From contig JBBIGR010000024.1 in NCBI GenBank assembly GCA_037447435.1, positions 1 through 64,000 of the forward strand: a DNA stretch of 64,000 bases, written 5' to 3'. Within the stretch, counting starts at the first letter, position 1. Each line of letters opens with the position of its first letter. Origin of the DNA: Fibrobacteria bacterium. Lineage in GTDB: Bacteria; Fibrobacterota; Chitinivibrionia; Chitinivibrionales; FEN-1185. A program made the translations under genes and the position numbers. Positions 36,909-48,356 of this stretch are shown one piece after another. The notes below the pieces were generated by a model, which worked only from the letters and a program-made list of their open reading frames with translations, searched no databases and was not told where the DNA came from.

Positions 36909-39900
36909 TTATCGAGAGATACCCACTGTTCCTATAAGTTTTTGTTTACTTGAATTTGATTCCAACAGTAATATTACTCTATAAATTCCGGGAGCTACGG
37001 TCATTCCTTTGTGATTGGTTCCGTTCCAATAAAAATCCACATCATGGACCGTTGTCGGACCTGTGCGCCATTCCGATGGAATGATATCATTATTTTCCGA
37101 TGCCGAATTGACAATATTTCCGATTGCGTCAAAAATTTTTAATTGTGCCTTGATTTTCTCCCCCGAACTGAACGGCATAAGTTTGAAATTGAGCAATACG
37201 CCGGCTTTGTCTTCGTTGATCCAATAGCGTGCAAGCGGATTGTTTTGGCATTTAATAGTTCCTGCCGGTTCACGACGCGTGGTCGGTACCGCAGGATTCG
37301 GTGCGACTTTAATGACAACAGGAAAATCCGATTTGATAATTACCGCAACCCGTTGGTTTGTATCGGCCGGCATATTATTTCCAGGGGCCATATCTGCGAG
37401 GCTCCCGGACTCCGCAGCAGTTTTCAAATTCATAAAATACCGGTCGGTCAAATCATTCCCGTTCGACAGGTAAAATTGTAATGTCGTCGGACTTAAAATT
37501 TTATAGATGGACGGTATATCTTTCAAATAATCCGGTTTTACTTTTATTTGTTGGTCGAGGGAATCTCTCGACCACACGGTAAATGTCTTGGACGGGACCA
37601 ACGACAACGCAAGAGCGTCTCCATTTGCAAATGCAACAGGTTCGGAAAAGACAACAGTCACCAGGTCCTGTTTCCGGTCGCCACCTACCGTAACGAGTTT
37701 CTGGATCGACCAAATTACAGGGCCGGCGCCATCTTGACATAAAATAGAATCTGCCGCGTCGATATCTTGAATTCCAGAAAATGAGACCGACGGTTTCCAT
37801 GCCGTCTGAGGTTCGCCGGTAACCTGTTCGGACAAATAGGCGATGAATACCGAACTGCTTTCCGCTGGGGTTTTATCGAGATTGTCGATCGAAAATTCTG
37901 TCGAACCGTTCCAAATCTTAAATAGGGAGGCAGCCGGTAACGTGACCTTTTTATTAAAAGTTAAAATGATTCCGTCCAAATATCCGTTGCCGTTTCTATC
38001 AAGTGTCTTTGCGGAAACCAGTTTGGCTTTGGGCCCGATAATCCGGACAAATACCGAATCCGTTTTAATAGGCTTGGCAGTATCGGTTGCCACGGCGGTA
38101 ATATGCCCTGTTTCGTTTCCCGTCACATTAACCGATTCATAGTAGATTCGTTGTTGATTAAGATTCCGGCTTATCGTATGTAATGTTCCGTTCGTTGACC
38201 AATTGCAATATTCCGCAGTGTTACGCCTGTTTCCATACCCGTCGTAGCCTTGCGCGATAATGGTTTTGGTCTCAGTCGGATAATGCAAAACCATCGTATC
38301 CCCAAGATCGTTGCCGCGGACATCTTCGAGCCGAATCGTTGCAAGCTTTCCCGGTAATAAGGTGAATGATTCCGACGAGGTTTTTAAGGTGCCGAGTGAA
38401 ACAAACAGCTGCTGTACACTGTCTTTGGTAAACGGTGCATTGTAAAGGACAAATCGGACAGTATCGATTCCGTTTAAGAAACATTGATCCAATTTAATGG
38501 AATCTTTTGGGAATTTATTCAGTATTGCCTGTTGACCATCGACCGTCGTTGTGGCAGGTGGCCGTGTTGTGCCGCTGGTCAAAAGGGTTTGATATACCGC
38601 AGCCCCGGTGGCGGAATCGGACGTGAAGCAATAGATTCCGTTGATTGCCCCGTTCCTGTTTTCTATTCTTATGATGGCAAGGATCGTATCGCCGGCGATG
38701 CGGTTTTCGGCAGGGGTTATGATGTCGAATCGCACTTTATTGGGCGGCCCTGCTCGAAAAACGGCCAGAATCGTATCCGGGCTCGTTATCGAATCCACTC
38801 CCGTGCTCACACGTATTTTAACCGTACCCGTATCAATTGGATTAAAATGCCAGGAATGTGCCATGTCCGGCGATGCCGGATTCGTTACGACATTTCCTAT
38901 AATTTTCCAATTCGCGGAAGTGTTTTCCCATTCTTTCGAATCGGAACGGCGCCCCATGACAGATAGGGTCGTATCATCGTTGGTTGTCATAGTTAACGAG
39001 GTAATTCTTATACTGTCTTTGACAACGATCCTGAGTGCCTCATAATAATAATTTACAACGATCGCTTTTACAGAAGCGGTCAACGACGGCTCGTTTACAT
39101 CCGAAACACGGACAATGGTTCTTCCGGCCGAAGCTATCCGTTTTATCGTTCCTTCTCCAATAGTGGTAATGCCGTCTTCGACGGTTACTATAGTTGAATC
39201 GTCGGATTTCCACAACGAATGTTGAGAATAAGAAATGAAATTACCGAAGGTGTCCCGTATAGCGGCATACACGGTTGTATAGGTGGATTTGCTTGTTATG
39301 GTAACACTGTCAACCGGATTATCGGCATTCGGGCTTATTTGCCAGTTGGCATTTGGTTCAATGACAAGGTGATGCGGAATTCCGGCATTGACATATAAAG
39401 TCACGGTGTCGGAATATTCCTTTTTATCCAATTGAAAGGACGCAATGACGTAAAAACGATTATACGCCCGTTTCGAGGTGATCGAATTTTTAAAGCCCAC
39501 AATTGTTTCCAAACTGTCGATCGGTGTTTTGCCGTTTCGTTGTTCAATTTTCCAAAAAATCGGAGCGGTTATCGACGCGTATTCCTGTAACCAGACGTTC
39601 GTGTTGTCCAAAACCCGCGCGGTCATCGAAAATTTATTTCCTGCAATAATTCCGATATCGGTAAGCGGACTCGGCAATGGCACTGTCGAATCGGAACTGT
39701 TTACGCCGGAGAAAATGACGAGTTTTACCGGCAAGCCGTGGGTAAAAGTAACGCGAATCGTATCGGGTATCGTATTTCCTTTTGTCACAATGATCGTGCC
39801 GTTTCCCGTATCGGTAGGTGATACGACATAGGTTGATGATTTCTTCGGCGGCACTGGATCTGTTTTTAAAGAGCCGGTTACCGACCAGTCGGCCACGACA

Positions 39901-42900
39901 TATTCCCATTGTTGGTTGTCCGAACGTTTTCCCTGCACCAAAATCGTCGTATCCTGATCTGAACGCATTGATAATTGACTAATCGGGTTGTCGCCGGCTA
40001 TGATACGAAGAGAATCGTAGGTAATGTTATTCAAGGTTATCTGGACAGTGTCCAATAACGTTCCAGCAGAATTGCATACAATAACCAATGTCTGGCCTTC
40101 TCTGCCGCTTCGTGTAATTTTCCCTTCTCCGGAAGAAACCGTGCCGGACTGGGCAACAACTATGGAAGAATCAAGACTTTTCCAAATTGCGGATGTAAAC
40201 GGACCTATATAGTTGCCGAATTGATCGCGTAAAATCGCATAACCGTAATTTATCGTGTCCTTGGGGCCGAAGGTTATTTCCCCGATGGGATTGTCGGCAT
40301 TTGGCGACAGACCTGGATCGGGTTTAGGTTCTATGACAACATGAGTGGCTGTCGATGGTTTTACGTAAACCTTGACCATATCGGAAATAACCGTTCCGTT
40401 TATGGCGAGTTCGGCGACAACATAAACCGTATTATACGCTCGTTGGGGTGTGAAAACCGTGTTGTACGAGTTCGCGGCACTCAGCGTTCCAGTCGGAGGA
40501 TTACCCGACAATTCCTGAATTCTCCACGTAATAGAACTTGGATTAATTTCATAATCCTTTAGCCAAACCGAATTATTATCGAAGATTTTTGCATCGAGAG
40601 TCAATAGAGTTCCGGCCGATATAGTATCAGTTATCGTCGGGTCGGGATATTTATCCGAAACGACCGGTACGCCGGGTTTTGAATATATTTCAAGATGCTT
40701 AGGGAGTCCGGGTAAAAATATGACGACAATCGAATCTTGAACCATTACGCCTCCGGTACCGGATTTACTTATAATGATTTTGCCTTGATTCATGTTTCCC
40801 GGAGCAAATGAAAAACTATTCGCGAGAGCGGGCGCCGACGGATTTGTAACGATTCCACCGGTCCACCAACCAACCGACACACTTGTCCAATTTTTAGTGT
40901 CGGACCGTTTTCCCAATGCAAACAATGTGGTGTCCTGATCGATTCGCATGGACAACGTATCGATGTTTTTCAAACCGTTATTATTGACCATTATCATAAT
41001 ATCGTCATAAGTAACCGACGTAACACGGACATCAATAGAATCGCTCATGGTACCGAGTGTGGCTTTTACATATGTTTGCGAATTACCCGTTGCGACCCGG
41101 GTAATCGTTGCTTGCCCTAACGAACTGTTGGGACCGGGTGCAACGGAAACGCAACCGGTATCATTGCTTATCCACAAAGAAGAGTCCGCATGTCCGACAT
41201 AATTTCCGAATTGATCCCTGATAATTGCATAAACCGATTGATTGGTTTGCGTTGATTGCAATTCTAATTTGGAAATAGGATTATCGGCGTTCGGGCTGGC
41301 AGTACTGTCGGGACTTGCTTCTATGACGATATGCGAGGGAGTTCCGGCTGTTGCGCGAATATGCATGGTGTAGGAAAGTCGAATGGCGCCCTGGTTTAAT
41401 GTTGCGGTAACCAAATAGGTTTTGAACGCCATTTTGGGGGTAAAATTAATTTTAAAACCACTTGCTGATGACACGGTTCCCATATCGGGAGTAAAGGAAA
41501 GGGTAGCGGAGTCCAAAACGGTCCAGGAAATGAGCTGCGATAAATTTTGATCGGTTTCATAGGAGCTAAGCCACACCGAAATCGGGTCGAAAATTTTCGC
41601 GACAATTGGAATGCTTGTCCCTGCTTGATAGCGATACGTGATACTTGACAAATATGGGATATTCCCGTTTTGACTACCTACCGGACCTTCCTTGGGATAT
41701 AATCCAAGGCTTGACGGGTCGCCCGGTTTAACCCATACGGCAATGTTCGAGGATAACGACGAGTAATTTGCAGTGATTGTGCCGTGCGCCGTGTCCTTTG
41801 GCGAAAAAATCCATTCACTATCGGATGATGGAGCCGGTGTTTGTGATTTAATGTTTATCGACGCCTGCCAATTTCCATTAATGGAAACCCAACCGTGGTC
41901 TCCTAAACCGTCAATACGATGACCTTCAACCTTAAGGGTGGTATCCTGCCCTATAGTAATAGTTAAAGAGGTGATTTTTGTTTTCAACCCGCCTTCGCCG
42001 GTTACGATGCGAAGCGAATCATATGCAATGTCGGAAACCACAACTTTGAGGGTGTCGGTAAATGCGGATCCGGTAAAATCGGTACTTCGCGCCACTATGA
42101 CCGCATTTCCGCTGGGGCCAAGTTTTGAAATTATTCCTGCACCGAGCGCGTTATTTCCGTTAGCCACCGAAACCACGGACCCGCCGGAAATAACCTTCCA
42201 TTCGGTATGTTGGGACGGAGAAACAAAATTGCCGTACGGATCACGCAATATAGCAAAAACCGTATCTTTAGTTATCGTTGCGGGGATTGTAAGGTTCCTC
42301 AGTGGATTGTCGAATCTGGGGCTTGTTGCCGCATTGGGGCTACTCTCAATAAGTAAGTGGTGGGCGGGACCTTGCTGAACGCAAAGCTGAATGGAATCCC
42401 GAATCACATTTGTAGCATCTTCAGGATCTCGAAAGGTAAGTCGAATTTTTATACATCCATATGCCTTGGTCACACATATTCTGTTTTGGTCGGCTACGGT
42501 GTCAAACGAAATTGCATTGCCGAGAGTATCGAAGATTTCCCATTGGATTAGGGAATCGTATTCAGGCCGAAGCCCGAGCGTATCGTCGAGAACGTGAAGC
42601 CGGAATTTAACACATTGCCCTGCCGTTATGGTAGTATCTTTGATGTCGAGTGTGGTATCATGCGGATTGATCGGGAGCGTATCGGGACGGACAATTATTT
42701 GCGTCGGACGCGGTTTAAATAAATCCGTCGTGATTCGAATCGTCGATGCCGTCGTATGGCGTTCGGCATAAAAGAAATCAAACGAATAGGTTTTTCCTTT
42801 GATCAAGTTCAATTTGGAAGCGACATTATCCAAAATTATCGAATCGCTTCGAGCTGCGTGAACACCGCCTATATCCATGGCAAGTTGACCATTGATAAAT

Positions 42901-43562
42901 GCCCATACATCGTCATCGCCAGTAAATCTGAAAACCTCTCCTCCGTTATACGTGAATGAATTATGAATTTCCATGGAGAAACTGAAATTATGCAAATTTC
43001 CGGCTCCGTCTTTTTTCCCTTCGTCGCCGTACCCTTTTCCGTCGAGTTTGAAAAATGATTGGTTGTTATATTGATACATGCCGATTGTCGAATCGATCAA
43101 ACGAAAGGGAAGGGAATCGTAAATAATAATATTTGTCATATTGTAATTATCGCTATGATGGGGCGCGACCCATTCACCGGGCCTTCCGGCATAATTTACA
43201 AGGCCATACCATTTCCACTCTTTACTTATAGGGTCGTAGGCAAAACGAGTGGACGGTGTATCCGGTCCGGTAATACCGCTTGCTCTATACCATTCGCTGA
43301 CGCGGTCATTACAAGCCTTATTTGCTTTAAAAACCGGTTTCCGCCAAGCGTCAAGATAGTTTTGTATCATTCCTGCTTGATATCCTGGGCTGCATGCTTC
43401 AAAATTCGGATTGCTTCCATTGGCTTTATAGTCGTAAAATGTGACTTTCATCCAAATAGTATCGGGAAATTTTGAAGCGAATGATTGATGGGACAGAAAC
43501 GCCGTTACAATCAACGCCACGGAAAATTGGCATTTTATAAAGTAAATAATTTTGTTTTTCAT
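36909..43562 (-). CDS. Fibro-slime domain giant surface protein
   Basis: HNFSFSME, FRFTGDDDVWAFINGQLAMDIGGVH, FFYAER; four ~330-aa repeats; FlgD-Ig-like tail IFDAIGNIV...WNGTN..G..VAPGIY. Confidence 0.9.
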   Translation of the reverse strand: MKNKIIYFIKCQFSVALIVTAFLSHQSFASKFPDTIWMKVTFYDYKANGSNPNFEACSPGYQAGMIQNYLDAWRKPVFKANKACNDRVSEWYRASGITGPDTPSTRFAYDPISKEWKWYGLVNYAGRPGEWVAPHHSDNYNMTNIIIYDSLPFRLIDSTIGMYQYNNQSFFKLDGKGYGDEGKKDGAGNLHNFSFSMEIHNSFTYNGGEVFRFTGDDDVWAFINGQLAMDIGGVHAARSDSIILDNVASKLNLIKGKTYSFDFFYAERHTTASTIRITTDLFKPRPTQIIVRPDTLPINPHDTTLDIKDTTITAGQCVKFRLHVLDDTLGLRPEYDSLIQWEIFDTLGNAISFDTVADQNRICVTKAYGCIKIRLTFRDPEDATNVIRDSIQLCVQQGPAHHLLIESSPNAATSPRFDNPLRNLTIPATITKDTVFAILRDPYGNFVSPSQHTEWKVISGGSVVSVANGNNALGAGIISKLGPSGNAVIVARSTDFTGSAFTDTLKVVVSDIAYDSLRIVTGEGGLKTKITSLTITIGQDTTLKVEGHRIDGLGDHGWVSINGNWQASINIKSQTPAPSSDSEWIFSPKDTAHGTITANYSSLSSNIAVWVKPGDPSSLGLYPKEGPVGSQNGNIPYLSSITYRYQAGTSIPIVAKIFDPISVWLSSYETDQNLSQLISWTVLDSATLSFTPDMGTVSSASGFKINFTPKMAFKTYLVTATLNQGAIRLSYTMHIRATAGTPSHIVIEASPDSTASPNADNPISKLELQSTQTNQSVYAIIRDQFGNYVGHADSSLWISNDTGCVSVAPGPNSSLGQATITRVATGNSQTYVKATLGTMSDSIDVRVTSVTYDDIMIMVNNNGLKNIDTLSMRIDQDTTLFALGKRSDTKNWTSVSVGWWTGGIVTNPSAPALANSFSFAPGNMNQGKIIISKSGTGGVMVQDSIVVIFLPGLPKHLEIYSKPGVPVVSDKYPDPTITDTISAGTLLTLDAKIFDNNSVWLKDYEINPSSITWRIQELSGNPPTGTLSAANSYNTVFTPQRAYNTVYVVAELAINGTVISDMVKVYVKPSTATHVVIEPKPDPGLSPNADNPIGEITFGPKDTINYGYAILRDQFGNYIGPFTSAIWKSLDSSIVVAQSGTVSSGEGKITRSGREGQTLVIVCNSAGTLLDTVQITLNNITYDSLRIIAGDNPISQLSMRSDQDTTILVQGKRSDNQQWEYVVADWSVTGSLKTDPVPPKKSSTYVVSPTDTGNGTIIVTKGNTIPDTIRVTFTHGLPVKLVIFSGVNSSDSTVPLPSPLTDIGIIAGNKFSMTARVLDNTNVWLQEYASITAPIFWKIEQRNGKTPIDSLETIVGFKNSITSKRAYNRFYVIASFQLDKKEYSDTVTLYVNAGIPHHLVIEPNANWQISPNADNPVDSVTITSKSTYTTVYAAIRDTFGNFISYSQHSLWKSDDSTIVTVEDGITTIGEGTIKRIASAGRTIVRVSDVNEPSLTASVKAIVVNYYYEALRIVVKDSIRITSLTMTTNDDTTLSVMGRRSDSKEWENTSANWKIIGNVVTNPASPDMAHSWHFNPIDTGTVKIRVSTGVDSITSPDTILAVFRAGPPNKVRFDIITPAENRIAGDTILAIIRIENRNGAINGIYCFTSDSATGAAVYQTLLTSGTTRPPATTTVDGQQAILNKFPKDSIKLDQCFLNGIDTVRFVLYNAPFTKDSVQQLFVSLGTLKTSSESFTLLPGKLATIRLEDVRGNDLGDTMVLHYPTETKTIIAQGYDGYGNRRNTAEYCNWSTNGTLHTISRNLNQQRIYYESVNVTGNETGHITAVATDTAKPIKTDSVFVRIIGPKAKLVSAKTLDRNGNGYLDGIILTFNKKVTLPAASLFKIWNGSTEFSIDNLDKTPAESSSVFIAYLSEQVTGEPQTAWKPSVSFSGIQDIDAADSILCQDGAGPVIWSIQKLVTVGGDRKQDLVTVVFSEPVAFANGDALALSLVPSKTFTVWSRDSLDQQIKVKPDYLKDIPSIYKILSPTTLQFYLSNGNDLTDRYFMNLKTAAESGSLADMAPGNNMPADTNQRVAVIIKSDFPVVIKVAPNPAVPTTRREPAGTIKCQNNPLARYWINEDKAGVLLNFKLMPFSSGEKIKAQLKIFDAIGNIVNSASENNDIIPSEWRTGPTTVHDVDFYWNGTNHKGMTVAPGIYRVILLLESNSSKQKLIGTVGISR
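38750..42370 (-). repeat. Four diverged ~1-kb intragenic modules
   Basis: H.VIE......SPNADNP...YAI.RD.FGN...YDSLRI...GKRSD..W recurring near 42360, 41335, 40345 and 39372. Confidence 0.85.
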
Positions 43563-43902
43563 AAATTTTTACTCCTGCGAAGTATTATCATGTGTATAAC
43601 AAGTGCTACATAAAAGTTAATCGATTAAATAATCGAATATAGCAATCCCTTCGCTCCTATTATACCACGATGGAGAAAAAATGCCAATGTTTTTGTAAAA
43701 ATAAAAAAAATAAAAAAAATAAAATTTTTGAAAACCGTACCATTCATTATTACTATATTAGTACAACTTGGTTATAAAAAAATATTTAGATGTAACATCC
43801 TGATTTTATTGTTTTAAATAAAAGAATGTATACGGCAACCAATTACAGATTATCCTTTTTGAATAGGCCTATAACAACAATAAAGATTTTGTAGAGGTTC
43901 CT

Positions 43903-46245
43903 ATGCAAACAGAAAAAGAGGAAATGGCAAAACAGCTTGAAAACGATAATTTCAGGCTTTTGGAACAAAACGCCTATTTGTCGAACGTGTACAATGCATT
44001 GCTTGAAATGTCTCAAGATATAGTATTTATGGTCGACAAGGATGAAAAATGCCTTTTTGTAAATAATACGGCGGCGTCTCTTTTTTCAAAAAAGCCTCAG
44101 GAAATGATAGGGGAGAAAATAAACGAATTTTTCCCGCCGCATATTGCAAAATATCAAACACAGGCATTGCAAAAGGTTTTTGATACAGGCGAATTCGTCA
44201 TTAATGAAATGCCTTTTCTGATTCCCTCCAACAGGACGTGGGCACTGGGGACCTTTTACCCGGTAAAAAATTCCGAAGGCATTGTCACCTCGGTTGTAGG
44301 AATAACCCGGGACATAACCGAACAAAAGCTCGCGGAAAATGCATTGAAGGAAAGTGAAGAACGGTTTCGGCAGACAATCGAACAAATGCCGTATCCCGTA
44401 GTGATGTGTGCTGCAGATGGAACGACCCTTTTAGTTAATTCCTCCTTTTGCGAAATCTTCAAAATTCCAACCCCGGATTTGCTTATTGGAAAACTGAATT
44501 TGTTTAATCATCCTTGTGTCAACCGGATCGGAATTCAAAATGTTATTAACGATGTTCTTGCGGGCAAGACGGTATTCATACCCGAAATAAAAATTGCGGT
44601 TCGAGAAAATGAGCGTTTGTACACCGGTGGTGCCGACGTAGACCTCCTTATTGAAGCATCTATTTTCCCGGTTTACTTACTCGGCGGGGAATTAATGCAG
44701 ATCGTGATAATTTTTAAAGACATTGCAGAAAGAAAAAAGTCAGAATTAGCGGTAAGCGAGAGCGAAAGAAAAATGCGGACCCAATACAAATGTTTTCCCA
44801 TTCCCACTTATACATGGCAGGCGCAAGGAGATGATTTTATCTGTGTGGATTTCAACGATGCCGCCTTTCAATTTACAAATGGCCATATAAGGGATATTTT
44901 AGGGCAACGGGTAAGTGAAATTTTCATTCAGGAACCCCAGATAATTTTAGATATGAAACGTTGTTTGCAGGAAAGGACTGTCGTGAAGCGGGACACGCCG
45001 CTTCAACTACCAACATTGAGCCGCGATAAGTTCCTTAATTTAACTTATGTCAATGTCGATCACGATCTTATCATGGTGCATGCGGAGGACATATCCGACA
45101 AGCAGCGACTTGAAAAGGAAATCCGGAAAGCCGAGCATTTGGAATCTTTGGGACTACTTGCCGGTGGCATTGCGCATGATTTCAATAACCTTTTGGCCGG
45201 TGTTTTCGGCTATATCGGGCTGGCACGGGAATACGGAAAAAACAATGAAAATGTACGAGATTGCCTTGATAAGGCGATGTTGGTTTTCGGGCAAGCCAAA
45301 GCATTAACCCAACAATTGCGTACCTTCTCTAAAGGCGGTACTCCTATACGTAAACTGGCTTCGATCGGCGAATTGCTGAGAGACATGTCTTCATTTGTTT
45401 TAACCGGCTCAAATTGCAAGGCCCGGTTCGATCTCGCATCGGATTTATGGGTGTGTGAAGTGGATGCCGGACAATTAGGCGAGGTGATAAGTAATCTTTT
45501 GATTAATTGTCAACAAGCGATGCCTCATGGAGGAGTAATTACCATTTCTGCGGAGAACCTTATCGTCGATGAGCATAGGACTTTGCCCTTGAAAAACGGC
45601 AATTATGTGAAAATTCGAATTAAAGATCAGGGAATCGGAATACCGCAACATCTCTTGGAAAATGTTTTTGATCCGTTCTTTACTACAAAGCAACGCGGCA
45701 GCGGGTTAGGACTTTCGATTGCTTATTCGATAATTAAAAAACACGAAGGGTATATCGAACTTATGTCCGAAGTGGGGATCGGAACGGAGGTATCGATTTA
45801 TTTGCCGGCTTCACAAAAAGGAAGTTCACTTCCGCCCGATGCGGGCGGTAAACGGAATGGGGGCCAGGGTAAGATTTTATTGATGGACGATGAAAAGTTT
45901 CTGAGGGATGCCATTGGAAAAGTAATTAAATCATTAGGATATACCGTAGAAACAGCCCAGGATGGGGCAGAAGCTGTCGAAATGTATGGAAAAGCATTAA
46001 AAGAAAAGGTACCCTTTGATATTGCCATATTGGACTTGACCATTCCTGGGGGAATGGGCGGTAAGGAAACTTTGGAAGAGATTAAGCGAATTGATCCAAA
46101 GGCAAAGACAATCGCGACAAGCGGATATTCGGAAGACCCGATTATTGCTGATCCAAAGGCTTTTGGTTTTATAGCGGCGATCAGAAAACCGTATGCAATT
46201 GAAGAATTACAGGAACTATTGTTGAAAGTCATATCTGTATCATGA
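43903..46245 (+). CDS. Multi-PAS hybrid sensor histidine kinase
   Basis: Three PAS-like domains; LAGGIAHDFNN; DQGIG, FDPFFTTK, GSGLGL; receiver LDLTIP. Confidence 0.95.
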   Translation: MQTEKEEMAKQLENDNFRLLEQNAYLSNVYNALLEMSQDIVFMVDKDEKCLFVNNTAASLFSKKPQEMIGEKINEFFPPHIAKYQTQALQKVFDTGEFVINEMPFLIPSNRTWALGTFYPVKNSEGIVTSVVGITRDITEQKLAENALKESEERFRQTIEQMPYPVVMCAADGTTLLVNSSFCEIFKIPTPDLLIGKLNLFNHPCVNRIGIQNVINDVLAGKTVFIPEIKIAVRENERLYTGGADVDLLIEASIFPVYLLGGELMQIVIIFKDIAERKKSELAVSESERKMRTQYKCFPIPTYTWQAQGDDFICVDFNDAAFQFTNGHIRDILGQRVSEIFIQEPQIILDMKRCLQERTVVKRDTPLQLPTLSRDKFLNLTYVNVDHDLIMVHAEDISDKQRLEKEIRKAEHLESLGLLAGGIAHDFNNLLAGVFGYIGLAREYGKNNENVRDCLDKAMLVFGQAKALTQQLRTFSKGGTPIRKLASIGELLRDMSSFVLTGSNCKARFDLASDLWVCEVDAGQLGEVISNLLINCQQAMPHGGVITISAENLIVDEHRTLPLKNGNYVKIRIKDQGIGIPQHLLENVFDPFFTTKQRGSGLGLSIAYSIIKKHEGYIELMSEVGIGTEVSIYLPASQKGSSLPPDAGGKRNGGQGKILLMDDEKFLRDAIGKVIKSLGYTVETAQDGAEAVEMYGKALKEKVPFDIAILDLTIPGGMGGKETLEEIKRIDPKAKTIATSGYSEDPIIADPKAFGFIAAIRKPYAIEELQELLLKVISVS

Positions 46246-48356
46246 TTAAGCATATTTTTAAAGTCGCGGCATTTTTGTTCATGGTAAATATTTCGACTTC
46301 GTTTGGGTTGACAAAGGTAGTTGTTTTTCCATTACAGAACAAGTCCGACGATGAGAACACGCAATGGATTTCCGGTTGCGTTGCCGAATCCTTTCAGCGA
46401 ACCCTGCCGCTCAGTAACGAATTCCAATTGATTGATCCTACTTTTTTGTTTTCAACCGATTCTTGCGGATGGTCAATGAATTCGGATAGCCTGCTCAAGG
46501 CACATTGGCTCCGATGGGGATGGAATGTTGCTTGTGGAGGAAATTACTCGGTTTCCAAAGGAATTGTTTCCTGTGAAATCAGATTGATTTACCTGAAAAA
46601 TGGCCGACCCCAGAAAAAAAACGCCCATATTTCCGTTGCAGTGGATTCAATTGACAAATTATGTTTGCAAGCATTTGATTTTTGTTTGGAAAATATTGGC
46701 TACACGGTATCGAAAAATGATAGGCAATTAGTGGGCAATCGTCTCTCTACCTTTTCCGCAAAAGCGACGTATTGCTCAGGTTATGTTTTTGAAATGAAGA
46801 ATAATCTTCCAGGGGCTTTGACTGCCTATAATAGGTGCATTGAAATTGACCCCGGCTTTTCACAGGCCTATTTTCGTATGGCGCGTCTGTATCGCATTGT
46901 CGGATCCATGGATGCGGCGAGAAAATCCTTTTCAAAAGCACTCAGTTTAGCTCCAGGTGACCCTATTATTCTTGCCGAAGCTGCTGATTTTATGGTAAGC
47001 AACGATCCTGCCGAAAAGGCGCTTGATTTTATTAAAAAGAACCGTGGTCCCTTAGAACTGACCGCAGCGGGGATGACTGCCATTGGAAAATCCCTCCTCA
47101 TTTCAGGAGAATTACAGCGAGCGATAGCTGAATTGGCACGTGCAGTTGCGAAAGGTCCTTCGACCCTTGAAACCGATTTCATGCTTGGCCGAGCATACCT
47201 TCAGAGCGGTGAAATCTCTAAAGCGACAGATGTTTTTAATCGCTTAATTAAATATCAGCCCGATTGTGCTCGATTTTATGCGCTTTTAGGGGCCGCGTAC
47301 CGGTTAAACGGAAGGATCATGGAATCGTTGAAAATATTGGAATATGGCAATTCGTCCATGCCCCAAGACCTTTCCGTTCAGGTTAATCTGGCGCAAACAT
47401 ATTTCGATCTTTCCTGGTTCGATAAATCGGAGATTATTCTTGAGAAGGCTTTGAGGCAAAACCCCGAAATTGTTGATCTGTACGTTGATCTTGGCGTAGT
47501 TTATTGGTTTACAGGAAAGAAGGAAACGGCGCAGAATTATTTTAATAAAGCATCGAAAATGGGGAAAAACATACAATCGGCAATTAATAATACGGCGAAT
47601 ATTTTTATGATCAACGGGCAAACCGACAAAGCGATAGACCTCTATAAAAAGGCCGACAAAATCGGTGGAAAAAACGAGGCTGTTTTGTCAAATTTGGCAA
47701 AAGCATATTTCAAAAATAAACGGCTTACCGATGCCGCGTTGTGCTACGATATTGTTTTATCAATATCGCCGGACAGGCTGGACGTTCTCCAGTCAAGTGC
47801 CCAAATAGCGGAGATACGCAAAAAAGAAACGGATGCCATAAACTATTATAGAAAAATTCTCGAGGTTGCGCCGCATCATAAAACAGCCTTGTTCAGGATG
47901 ATCGACCTTATGAAAAAACAAGGCCAAATTAAACAGGCTATCGAGCCCCTTGAAGCATATTTGAATGATTTTCCGGTTGATAAACAAGCCTTATTAATTC
48001 AAGCCGGTCTTTATCGTGCGGAAGGCTGGTACGAAGTCGCTATTATGAAATATCAATCATTTACTAAGGATTTTCCTGACAATGCCGAAGGGTTCTTAGG
48101 CCTCGGAAACAGCATATATGATATGGTTCAATTTAAAAACGGTCATGACTACGATAAGGCGATTTATTTTCTCAAAACCGCCGCCGATCTCGACAAATCG
48201 AACCCGGAACCCGAATTTGTTATAGGCAAGATTTACCTTGAATATAAAAATTATCGAGAACTTGCTCTGGAGAGTTTTAAAGCAGCGTTACCCAAGGCCA
48301 CAGATCCAGTGATGAAAAAAAATATTTCCGATTATATCGAAAAGGCGGGTAAATGA
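46242..48356 (+). CDS. Exported TPR protein with TolB-N/FlgO-like N-terminal domain
   Basis: Signal peptide; VVVFPLQN...WISG..AE; many TPR units; ATGA overlap with the kinase. Confidence 0.8.
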   Translation: MIKHIFKVAAFLFMVNISTSFGLTKVVVFPLQNKSDDENTQWISGCVAESFQRTLPLSNEFQLIDPTFLFSTDSCGWSMNSDSLLKAHWLRWGWNVACGGNYSVSKGIVSCEIRLIYLKNGRPQKKNAHISVAVDSIDKLCLQAFDFCLENIGYTVSKNDRQLVGNRLSTFSAKATYCSGYVFEMKNNLPGALTAYNRCIEIDPGFSQAYFRMARLYRIVGSMDAARKSFSKALSLAPGDPIILAEAADFMVSNDPAEKALDFIKKNRGPLELTAAGMTAIGKSLLISGELQRAIAELARAVAKGPSTLETDFMLGRAYLQSGEISKATDVFNRLIKYQPDCARFYALLGAAYRLNGRIMESLKILEYGNSSMPQDLSVQVNLAQTYFDLSWFDKSEIILEKALRQNPEIVDLYVDLGVVYWFTGKKETAQNYFNKASKMGKNIQSAINNTANIFMINGQTDKAIDLYKKADKIGGKNEAVLSNLAKAYFKNKRLTDAALCYDIVLSISPDRLDVLQSSAQIAEIRKKETDAINYYRKILEVAPHHKTALFRMIDLMKKQGQIKQAIEPLEAYLNDFPVDKQALLIQAGLYRAEGWYEVAIMKYQSFTKDFPDNAEGFLGLGNSIYDMVQFKNGHDYDKAIYFLKTAADLDKSNPEPEFVIGKIYLEYKNYRELALESFKAALPKATDPVMKKNISDYIEKAGK

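Noticed and set aside
43670..43690. TGGCA as a sigma-54 promoter for the fibro-slime gene
   Set aside because: No GC at the -12 position.
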